Source: Eledone cirrhosa (Eukaryota). From it: a stretch of 64,000 nt of DNA. Where the stretch lies: positions 35,712,001 to 35,776,000 of the forward strand of contig OZ024753.1 of NCBI GenBank assembly GCA_964016885.1, read 5' to 3'. Made by a program: the position numbers and the translations under genes. The notes under the pieces are model-generated. The model searched no databases. It saw nothing but the letters and a program-made list of their open reading frames with translations, and was not told the origin of the DNA. Below, one piece after another: positions 1 to 11,576 of the stretch (the stretch's first letter is position 1; each line of letters opens with the position of its first letter).

Positions 1-150
1 TAACAAGGACGATTGGTTACTCCTTCATTACGTTTATTTGTTGGCGACGCGTATTGCGCCACTGGCCAGCTCAAGGTTCGATCTGTATCAATCTGACCTG
101 ACTCTGTAATCTGCAGCTCGTCAGACCCCTTGTAATGTTAATCTCCCTGG

Positions 151-192
<42 letters not shown>

Positions 193-425
193 AATATTCG
201 AATCGCAGTGCCAGGTGGCTTCAGCTCTCTGCTGAGGTCGGGATATTTTATTTCCCCATGCATTGAGTTCTTGAGTACTCCCATAATTAGTGGTCTCTTC
301 ACTTTCAGCACTGCAGATTCTCTCTCTCTCTCTTTATATATATCTGTTAAAGCCAATAAATTTCTACTCTTTCCTCTTGCTGAAGTCTATATTTTTCTTG
401 GTGCAAAATTTGCTTATATTACTTG

Positions 426-467
<42 letters not shown>

Positions 468-975
468 ATATATATATTGGTCTTCTTGTAGTAGTTTATT
501 TTCTACAAGCAGGGCCGCCACTACATTTATTCCAACTTGGGAACAGCGCTAAGAGCTGTGCATTACTGAATTTTAAAGTACCACAATTTTATAGAAATTT
601 GTATAATTAAATTAAATATATAATTTCTTGTGATCAATACATCACTAACCTCATCTCATGGTAAATAAATAAATGTTGGAGAGAATTTGTTTGCTGTACT
701 GTCAGAATCCAGCTACATTGAGTGTATGTAATGTATATATATGTGTATATATGTATGTACATATGTATGTATGTATGTCATCATCGCCGTTGTGATGTGT
801 GCATACATATAGCTGTTCTCCATATGCATCTTTAGTCTTTTGCTTCCAGGTCTGAAATTTCTTCTCTTATTCAGTTTTAAACTCTCCCATTATAGCCTGC
901 AGGACAATAATAAACAGGAGAGGGCTAAGAACAGAGCCCTGCTGGAACCCAACTTGCATGTTAAATTCTTCACTG

Positions 976-1120
976 TGGAGGCACATGGCTTAGTGGTTAG
1001 AGCATTGGCCTTGCAATCGAAAGGTTGTGAGTTCAATTCTCAGACCGGGTGATGTGTTGTTTCCTTGAGCAAGACACTTTATTTCACATTGCTCCAGTTT
1101 ACTCAGCTGTAGAAATGAGA
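976..1120 (+). mobile_element. tRNA-derived SINE, 5' part
   Basis: A box TGGCTTAGTGG, B box GAGTTCAATTC, core CCTTGAGCAAGACACTT...CTCAGCTGTAGAAATGAG. Same family as 36995-37260. Confidence 0.75.
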
Positions 1121-1164
1121 TGATAGGGACTGGGGTCCCTATCATTCCACTGCAAAGTGGTCGT

Positions 1165-1330
1165 GGGGGTGCCACGGCAAAAAAGCACCCAGCACTCACT
1201 GTAAATGAGGTTGGTGTTGGGAAGGGCATCCAGCTGTAGAAATCAAGCCAGAATCAGTTCCCATCCCACTCTTGCAGGCAGGGAAAAGCGGACGTAAAAT
1301 GAAATGATGATGATGAAAAAATGATGATGA
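1165..1330 (+). mobile_element. SINE/RTE-LINE 3' tail repeat (GGAAGGGCATCCAGCTGTAGAAA...GGACGT..(GAT)n)
   Basis: The same motif recurs at ~3635-3750, 16400-16680, 17208-17483, 29838-30770, 35125-35240 and 58720-58972, each ending in a (GAT)n tail. Confidence 0.7.
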
Positions 1331-1725
1331 ATCATTGTTAATTCTAACATTGCTGACTGTTCTTCTGTACATGGCTTGTACTACCCTTACAAGCCAGTCA
1401 TCTACTCCTATTTTTCTAAGAGCCCACCAGATTATATAACAGGAGACTCTGACATATGCTTTCTCCAGGTTATCAAATTCCAAATAGAGGGGCTTACTTT
1501 TAGCTAGGTACTTCTCCAGCAGTTGTTTCACAAGGAAGAAAGCATCACTGATCCTTTTATCTGGCACAAATGTGAACCACATCTCATCTAGGTTAATTCT
1601 ATCCCTAATCAACTGTGCGATAAATCTTTCTGTTATTTTCATGATCTGATCTATCAACTTGATGCCTCTATAGCTTCCTCTGTCTTGTACACCCCCTTTA
1701 CCCTTGTAGCAGTCGGCACCATTTT
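1331..1725 (-). mobile_element. RTE-clade LINE reverse transcriptase fragment
   Basis: CYKGKG..DRGSYRGIKLIDQIMKITER...EMWFTFVPDKRISDAFFLVKQLLEKY...FDNLEKAYVRV...WWALRKIGV: degenerate RT domains of the YRGIxL, QxGF, TTDAIF and DLEKAFDRV type. Confidence 0.88.
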
Positions 1726-1806
1726 GTATTACTTTATGTATGTACATATCTATATATCTATCTATGATGTATGTATGTGTGTATGCATGTGTGTATGTAT
1801 GTATGT

Positions 1807-2321
1807 AGGTTTCTTGGTGAGGAGGGTGCCTTTGGACATCCTGCAGGACTAAAGACAAAACCTGTCAAAGGGCAAAGGAGCTCTTAAGAGTCAATGGCCA
1901 TCCAAAATCACCGGGAGAGATGACCCCTTAGCCTTTGTCAAGGCAGAATTCTAGGAGAAGGAAAACTCTGATATAATACCTGCAACCCTGAAGGTATCCA
2001 ATGATGTTGACTTGTTCTTCTTTTTGGTAAATATCATCTTGGTTAAGAGAGTGGGACTGGCTTTGTGCAGTGCCTTTGCTCACTATAAAAGCTTCACGGC
2101 ACAGGCACTGCTTTATATCTGGAGATCTCTCTGCACTTGTCGTCACATGGTACCATGGGCCCAGCACTAAGTGTCAGTAATTGTCACAAGTGTACTGTTT
2201 GTACCAGACTTTTCAAGTTGCTGGCTGGACTAAAAAGTCACACTCGTTCAGCGCATCGGTAGGAGTTCTCCTACATGGATATAAAGTAGTGGCCGTACTC
2301 GAAAACGAGTTGGCAGCCACC
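1807..2321 (+). mobile_element. 5'-truncated copy of the ~608-bp dispersed element
   Basis: Highly similar to 2668-3275 from AGGTTTCTTGGTGAGG to TTGGCAGCCACC; flanked by TATG repeats. Confidence 0.85.
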
Positions 2322-2667
2322 ATGCATGTATGTATATATGTTCTTCTGGTTTTATAATTTCACAAAGTTTTACCAATAGAGAGAGAGAGTCGGTTTCTAA
2401 CATAGACACAAGACTCTCTCATTGGAATTTACACAACATCAACTAGGTAGATATGTATGTATGTCTGCATGTGTAGATATGGATGTTATTGTATGTGTGG
2501 ATGTGTATGTTTTGAGTTGTATGTATGCATGTGTATATGCTTTGCATCTGTACATTTTGTATATGCAGTTATTAGATGCAAAATTTCTGGAATGTTTTAC
2601 ATATTTTTACTGTTCCATTAATGGATTGTACTTGTCATTTCCTAACTAGTTGTATGTATGTATGTAT

Positions 2668-3275
2668 GTCAGGTCACCAGTTGGTGCTACTGGTAACATG
2701 TATCCCAGTACAACCTGTCTCATGGTCGGGTCGTTGGCGACTAAACTGGCAACCCCACCAAGGTTTCTTGGTGAGGAGAGTGACTTTGGACATCCTGCAG
2801 GACTAAAAACAAAACCTGTCAAAGGGCAAAGGAGCTCTTAAGAGTCAATGGCCATCCAAAATCACCGGCAGAGATGACCCCTTAGCCTTTGTCAAGGCAG
2901 ATTTCTAGGAGAAGGAAAACTCTGATATAACACCTGCAACCCTGATGGTATCCAATGATGTTGACTTGTTCTTCTTTTTGGTAAATATCATCTTGGTTAA
3001 GAGAGTGGGACTGGCTTTGTGCAGTGCCTTTGCTCACTATAAAAGCTTCACGGTACAGGCATTGCTTTATATCTGGAGATCTCTCTGCACTTGTCGTCAC
3101 ATGGTACCATGGGCCCAGCACTATGTGTCAATAATTGTCACAAGTGTAGTGTTTGTACCAGAGTTTTCAAGTCGCTGGCTGGACTAAAAAGTCACACTCG
3201 TTCAGCGCATCGGTAGGGGTTCTCCTACATGGATATAAAGTAGTGGCCGTACTCAAAAACGAATTGGCAGCCACC
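2668..3275 (+). mobile_element. 608-bp dispersed, probably non-autonomous RTE-related retroelement
   Basis: Near-identical to 42234-42841. Contains CTAGGAGAAGGAAAACTCTG, resembling RTE 5' UTRs. (TATG)n on both sides. Confidence 0.8.
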
Positions 3276-3422
3276 ATGTATGTATGTATGTATGCCAGGA
3301 TGCACAGCAAGTTCACAGATCATGAAGGACTCCGAGCTGTTGATACATCATTCTTCTAAAAGAGGGTAACTCTGAAGTGTTGTCTGATGTTCTACAGATA
3401 CTACCAATCCACTGCCCAAGAT

Positions 3423-3625
3423 AATAATAATAATTGTTTCTACTTTTGGCACAAGGCCAGCAATTATCCCAGTGTATTACTGGTACTTTATTTTATCGAC
3501 CCTGTAAGGATGAAAGGCAAAGTTAACCTCGGCAGGATTTGAACTCAGTCCGTAAAGGGACGTAACTCTATGCTGGAAAGCATGGCGACTGACTCTCTAC
3601 CAATACTGCCAATCCACCTCCCTTA
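3423..3625 (-). mobile_element. tRNA-derived SINE with GCCGAGGTTAACTTTGCCTTTCATCCTTACGGGGTCGATAAAATAAAGTACC core
   Basis: B box GAGTTCAAATCC, conserved core and (ATT)n tail. Other copies at ~4789-4975, 5421-5915, 28540-28690, 33297-33482, 34070-34210, 35610-35765, 40687-40756 and 59205-59795. Confidence 0.75.
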
Positions 3626-4667
3626 ATAATAATCATCATCATCATCACCGTTTAACATCCATTTTTCCATGCCGGCATGGATGGTTAGACAAGTTGTCCC
3701 GTTGTGAGACAAGCCAGGTCAGATGACCATGTCTTGCTCATACAGAACTGATATATACAACAGCACCAACAACAACAACAACAACAACTACTACAACAGT
3801 ATCATGTTCTATTGATTGTATTTGTTTTCTTCTTTATTATTGTAAACATTCTCCAGTTTTAATTATCCATTTTTTGAACATTTTTCAATCAAATTCAATT
3901 AAGTATTATTCAAAAATAAATTCCAAAATCTCTCTGAGACTCAAGAAAAATTCGATAATTTAATATTATTTCTTTTCGTTATTATTATTATTATTATTTA
4001 TTACAATTGTTTATTATTGTTGTTGTTGTTAATATTGTAGTTGTTAATATCTTTGTTGTCATTATTGCTTTTTTCAGTTCTTGTTATTGTTGTTATTATA
4101 TTGTATTGCTGTTGTTATTGTATTGTTGTTGTTGTTGTTGTTATTTTGATCATCACCATCATAATAATCATTGCTATTGTTGTTGTTTTTATTATAGTTG
4201 TTATTTTTGTTGTTGCTGTTTTTTTGTTTCTATTATATTGTAATTTTATTGTTTTTAATGTTTATTGTTATTTTCATCATCACAATCATCACCATGATAA
4301 TAACCATTGCTGTTGTTGTTATTGTTGTTATTTTGTTAGATTTATATTGTAATTTTATTATTTTTATTCTCACCATCACCATCATAATAATCATTGCTGT
4401 TGATGTTGTAATTGTTGTTGCTGTTACTCAGTAAATTTCAAGATGTCAATATCTGTAACATGAACAGTTTATGTAAAGATATCTTGAAATATAAAAAAAA
4501 AATCTCTCTAAAATATTTTCTGTAATTTCCATGTTTGGAATATTTATTCTCTTCTTTTGCAACACAAGAAACCAATAAACGCTAACAAGTTCAGGACGGC
4601 ATATTTTGAATATTTTTACTGGAACAAATGTGGAATATTATATCATCATCGTCGTTTGTCCTCTTAA

Positions 4668-5050
4668 CAGACCTGTCAACTCTCCCCATCCGACGGGGGA
4701 GATCTCCTACCCATTTTGGGGTGAGTGAGAGATGTCTTTTCTTCTGAAAATGGGTTAAGGTTAGGGTTAGGGTTTAAAATCTCAGTGCAGTGGATTAGTA
4801 GTATTAGTAGAGCGTCAGACACCATACTTTGCAGCATATAGTTATGTCCCTTTACGTTCTGAGTTCAAATCCTACCAAGGTTAGTTTTGCCTTTCATCCT
4901 CACGGGGTCGATAAAATAAAGCATCAGTGACGCACTGGAGTAATTGCTGGCCTTGTGCCAAAAGTACAAACATTATGTAAAATCTCCCCATTTCGGGGCA
5001 CTTTTTTTCATGGTACTCCCTGTTTGGGTCTTAAGGGGTTGGCAGGTCTG
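4668..5050. mobile_element. MITE-like element with 13-bp TIRs carrying a nested SINE and TTAGGG repeats
   Basis: CAGACCTGTCAAC (4668) vs GTTGGCAGGTCTG (5050), 12/13 complementary. SINE at 4789-4975; (TTAGGG)~4 at 4752-4774; no clear TSD. Confidence 0.5.
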
Positions 5051-5420
5051 TTTTTGCCTGTGTTGAAGCTTCTAACTTTAGGTTAATTTTCAATAAATAC
5101 ATATCCACTCACCATTTCTTAAAATAGATCCTTGTTTGTATTAGAACATTTTATTATGTTACAAACACCATCTTAATGGAATTATAATTATAGTAAATCT
5201 TTCCTCAATTCTTCCTTAATGAAAGGGTTAACAATGTAATAATTAATAGTTTTAGTTAAATCTCTTTCAGTTTTTCATTAATTAATTCAAATATAGTGTA
5301 TTTAATTATAGATACAGTAATTAAAGGGTTAATTCTACGTTTCTATTATAATACAGTAACTGACAAAAGGAAATATCTGAAACACTGTTTCTAACATTAT
5401 TATTTTAGGCTCTAAGGTCT

Positions 5421-5915
5421 GTGGATTGGCAGTATCAGATTAGCAGAATCAGTAGATCATCTGACACCATGCTTTGTAGCATAGAGTTATGGCCCTTTAC
5501 CTTTTGAGGTTGTCTTTGTCTTTCATCCTAATGGGGTCGATAAAATAAAGTACTAGTAATACAATGGAGTTGATTTAATCAACTTTCCCTTCACTCAAAA
5601 TTGCAGATCTTGAGCCTAAATCAGAAACCATTATTTTGCGGTGAGTTGGCAGTATCGGTAGAGGGTCGGACACCATGCTTTGCAGCAAAGAGTTATGACC
5701 CTTTATGGTCTGAGCTGAAATCCCGCCGAGGTTAACTTTGCCTTTCATCCTTACCGGGTCGATAAAATAAAGTACCAGTGATATACTGGATTAATTGCTG
5801 GCCTTGTGCCTATAGTAGAAATCATTATTTTAGGCTCAAAGGGCTGTGGATTGGCAGTATCGGTAGAGTGTCGGACACAACATGCTTTGCAGCATATAGT
5901 TACGTCCCTTTGATG
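5421..5915 (+). mobile_element. Tandem cluster of SINE copies (two complete, one partial)
   Basis: Repeated GGATTGGCAGTATCGG...CCTTTCATCCT..GGGTCGATAAAATAAAGTAC units. Confidence 0.7.
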
Positions 5916-7269
5916 CTGGAAGGTTTTAATACAAATATGAACTTTGAAAATAATCAAGAATTTCGATGGCTCAAGCAATATAACTAACTTTCTCATTATT
6001 TATCTGGTATCTGGAACATAACATAACAAAGGTTCTTACATAAAATCATGTTGGAAGATTTTAATACAAATATGAACACTTTAAAACAGGCAGTTTTGTA
6101 TCTTACAAAACGAGGTGAGGGGGGGGGGGGGGCAATTAAGATGGCTTGATAGCAAAAGAGTTAAATGGGAACATTTTAGTATGGGTAATCTCTGGCAGGT
6201 TCATATAAAAGGAGTTAAATATGCTAACACCCACTTTACTATCAGGCTTTCATGCAGAAGCGTCCCTGAGTATTTTTTTATCTCCTCCACCCTCTCTTAT
6301 CTTCAGTCATTTTTCTGTGTATGATCTAGTTTGATAGCATATGATTAGTCAGTCATTACAAGAGAACACAGTTTTACACCACTCCCACCTTCCATGGGCT
6401 CAATAGTGGTGTACCGCTAATGAAGACAAGCTTCACATGGCCATTTAATTACAGGGTTAATGTGAGAGGGGTTTTTTGAGGGGAAGCGGTCTATTTTTTT
6501 TTTTAACCCTCTGGAAGTCATCTTTGATGATTAATACTGCAATAATCTTGCAAATACAGCTGACAACACCAACACCAACGACATCAACATCAATGGCAAC
6601 ACCAACTACACCACCAACAGCAACAACACTTCTACCACCACCACCACCACCACCAACAACAATAACAACTACAACCATACCACCACCACCAACAACAACA
6701 ACACCACCAACAACAATGATGACAACAGCAGCAGCACCAAAATCAACAACAACATTGTTTCTTTCTAAGGACTATGTTGAAAAATAAACCTCATTTTGGT
6801 CATTCCATGTGAGTATCTTGGTCAGTCTATGAACTTTTCATCCGACCTTCACAGTACTTGAGGAAGGAGCCCTGTGAGGTGGGGTGTTTGTTGCAGCGGG
6901 TGTCGCTGGCCGTTGTCCGCAGGGCGCACCCCAAACACTTCTGCGCCCTGGGCCTAGAGCCCATCACCATCACCCTCCCATTCTTCTGTGACCCTAGAGC
7001 CCTTACCTTTCCCTTCCTTTTCCATTTTTTAATTATTAATAAACAAAACAATAAGCTTGAATTCAATGAAACCAAAATGTAATAAAATCTTGAAAGACTG
7101 AAAAACAAAGTGGATCTGAGTGGGATTTGAACTCAGAGTGCAGAGAGTGGGAAAAAATACTGCAAAGCATTCTATTCAATGTTTTATCAACTCGGCTAAT
7201 TTACCACCTTTAGGGTATATCTCTAGTCACTCAGTCTATTACAGATTTATATTTTTACAGATATTATAA

Positions 7270-7870
7270 CATTCTATGTTCTTGCGGTTATCAATACATC
7301 CCACATGATTGTAATTTCTTATATGTCAATAATTTCTATGAATTAGAATGGCCTGTCTTTTCTCTAACATTATCCTTCAGAAAATACAGTATCTTATACT
7401 GACATTTACAGACAGTTATTAATGAAGTGGCGTGTATCTTCCATACTTATTCCGCAAAGCTGACATTAGTTTTTACACTTGGAAGTACTGCTTGCCTCAT
7501 TACTCTTTTTGCTCATAAAGTATTTAGATTTCAAATTAAGAGATGTCCCCAAATGGAGATTGTTCGCTTTAACTATATATAAAAGCAATTTCTAAGTCTA
7601 TGAGCTAAAACGCTGTTTATGACTTCTCTGTATAAGGATAATGATTTTTTTCTCTTCAAATTTTTTTGAAATAGAGCTATCCAGGTATTCTGGGAATGCT
7701 TTTATAGTTTCCTTTGCTAAGTATTTATTGCAAAGTTCTTTTTCGATCCTCCATATTAATCTCAGGCAGGCTGATTTATTTCATATATTTATTATAATCC
7801 ATTCATTTCTTTCTTCTGTGATTACTTTGAGCAATATAAAATCAACTATTGGCTTGCTAAGCTTGTCATA
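7270..7870 (-). mobile_element. Degenerate R4/Dong-like (RLE) non-LTR retrotransposon C-terminal fragment
   Basis: Hand translation with stops: ...KYFMSKK...KCKN*CQLCGISMEDTRHFINNC (CX2CX8HX4C zinc knuckle, ~7465-7412), followed by IMWDVLIT. Confidence 0.55.
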
Positions 7871-8332
7871 GCTTCACTAGAAGCCTGTTGCCCTAGCATA
7901 GTGCCTCTGACATAAGTCACACTGTACTATTCCTAGACAATGGGAGTTCTGTTAACCTAGCATATTGTCTGGGGTATGTCACAACATACTTTATTACCCT
8001 GATACAGCAAACCTTTACACCAAAGATTACAATGATTCAGACAAACCATTAGAATGTCAAACTGCCAATCAGCCCATTTTATGAACTGTGGGCAGACTAA
8101 TAGAAAAGGTATGTGGGAGATGAAGCAGATTGATGTCATCAAGGAAACCCTGACATTACATAGCATCATACCAGGATAGGATTTCCAATACACCACAGAA
8201 TGATGGTTCATTCTTTTTGTGACCCATCTAAAGGTACAAGCTGGGGTAACATGATAGAATAGGCCTTCTAATTCACTGCAGGACAACGATTGTCTATGAT
8301 TATGTCCTTGGGTTTCTTTACCTGGTGACAGG

Positions 8333-8712
8333 CATGTTGTGAATGCATTTTTACAAACACCATGTTAAAACGTGTTGTGAAAGCTTTGTTACAAACACCA
8401 TTCTAAAACATGTTGTGAAAGCTTTGTTACAAACACCATTCTAAAACATGTTGTGAAAGCTTTGTTACAAACACCATTCTAAAACATGTTGTGAAAGCTT
8501 TGTTACAAACACCATTCTAAAACATGTTGTGAGGTCTTTGTTACAAGCACCATGCTAAAACGTGTTGTGAATACTTTGTAACAAACATCTACTAAAACGT
8601 GTTGTGAATACTTTGTAACAAACACCTACTAAAACGTGTTGTGAATACTTTGTAACAAACACCTACTAAAACGTGTTGTGAATGCCTTTTTACAATTATC
8701 ATTCTAAAACGT
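8333..8712. repeat. 37-38-bp minisatellite, ~10 copies (CATGTTGTGAAAGCTTTGTTACAAACACCATTCTAAAA)
   Basis: Direct tandem periodicity. Confidence 0.92.
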
Positions 8713-9177
8713 TTAGTTAACTTCTCAAAGTACTTCTAACATTTATTGCCAGAGACTGGGGTAAATAGTTAAGCCAGTGATAGTTATGTTGTCTGAGTCG
8801 ATAGTTTTCCTTGTTTTACAAGCAGATGATAATATATCTGTTCTGGCAAAACTCCATAACTAATGCTTTTGTAGGAATGTGTTAACAAGGTTAAGATGTT
8901 TTTCATACTGACATTTAACTTAAGATCATTAACAAAGAAGCTGTGTTTAATGGTGAAACTTGTTCATGCCAGACCCAATCACACATTGTTTGTTGATTTC
9001 CTTAACATAAAATGATAAGAGGTTTGCCGCTAGTAAGAACAGCATCATATAAAAGGTTGACCCTTAAATATATACACCTCAGTAATGCTTAGTTTCGACA
9101 GAGGTCAAGTCTTCTTTTATATATGATACTAGTAGACCAGGTGGATTGGTAGGATTGGTAGAGCATCAGATATCATT

Positions 9178-9690
9178 GGTTTAAGTAAAGTGATACTGTC
9201 CATAATTGGAATGGTCAGTCAGAGGTCTAAGTAAAGTAGAACTGTCCATAATTGGAATGGTCAGTCAGAGGTCTAAGTAAAGTGGAACTGTCCATAATTG
9301 GAATGGTCAGTCAGAGGTCTAAGTAAAGTGGAACTGTCCATAATTGGAATGGTCAGTGAGTGGTCCAAGACAAGTGGAACTGTCCATAATTGGAATGGTC
9401 AGTCAGAGGTCTAAGTAAAGTGATACTGTCCATAATTAGAATGGTCAGTCAGAGGTCTAAGTAAAGTAGAACTGTCCATAATTAGAATGGTCAGTGAGTG
9501 GTCCAAGACAAGTGGAACTGTCCATAATTGGAATGGTCAGTCAGAGGTCTAAGTAAAGTGGAACTGTCCATAATTGGAATGGTCAGTCAGAGGCTCCAGA
9601 CAAGTGGAATTGTCCATAATTGAAATGGTCAGTGAGTGGTCCAAGAAAAGTGGAACTGTCCATAGTTAGAATGGTCAGCCAGTGGTCCAA
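9178..9690. repeat. 46-bp minisatellite, ~11 copies (GGTCTAAGTAAAGTGGAACTGTCCATAATTGGAATGGTCAGTCAGA)
   Basis: Direct tandem periodicity. Confidence 0.92.
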
Positions 9691-10266
9691 TAATCTTTTA
9701 TCATCATTTTACACAAGAGCCATGTTAAGTTACTGTCTTAGTAATGAAATAATGAAGGATTTCAGTGAATCCCACAAAATTTTTCATTAATTAATTGAAC
9801 CAGAGTGAATTTCACAATAAATTTTCATCATCATCATCACCATTTAACGTCCATTTTTCTATGTTAGCAAGGGTTAGACGAATACTGTCATGTAAGTTGT
9901 TGGAATGGTCAGCCAGTGGTCAAATAATCTTCCAACATCATTTTATAACAGAAGCATATTACATATTACCATCCATCTTAGTAATGAAATAGTTAACGAT
10001 TTTAGTAAATCCCACAAAATTCTTCATTAATTAATTGAAACAGTAAATTTCACTATAAATACGATCATGAAAGGGTCAATATTGTATAATATTGATTTGG
10101 TTTGTCAAGCTGCACCCAACTACCTTTCAACTAATTATAGATGCTTATTGGAAATATGTAAGACACATACAGACATAATTGACTGGCTGCTGCTGATAAA
10201 CGGCTATTTTTATGATAGATATATACTTTGTGTGTATATATTGGACTTTTATTTCTCCTTTACCTC

Positions 10267-11187
<921 letters not shown>

Positions 11188-11439
11188 AAGCCTTATCTAT
11201 CTGTTTAGCTATTTGTCTATTTGACTGGTTACCTAGCCACCTATCTCTCTATCACTTTTTCTAAGGATTCTCTCCAGCTCACTTTCCCTCACTCCCTATT
11301 TCTGTTACTATTTCTCATTAAGCTTCTCACTCTCTCTCTCTTTCTTTTTCACTTCCTATTTATTTCTCTTATCTATTGACATTAATTGAAATATCTCTTT
11401 ATTCAAACATAATCTAGAGAGAGGTTGAGAGAGAAAGAG

Positions 11440-11503
<64 letters not shown>

Positions 11504-11576
11504 GAGACTTTCAACATCACAAGTAGCCAGTGATCAAGTAGAAACAGGAAATATTAATAGACAGATCATTACTAAG

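Noticed and set aside
976-1050. tRNA gene
   Set aside because: A/B boxes are present but it continues into a SINE core, and I could not fold a clean cloverleaf.
1928-2167. 79-aa ORF conserved in three places (also 2882-3121 and 42448-42687)
   Set aside because: Conservation simply reflects near-identical copies of the 608-bp element; no recognisable domain.
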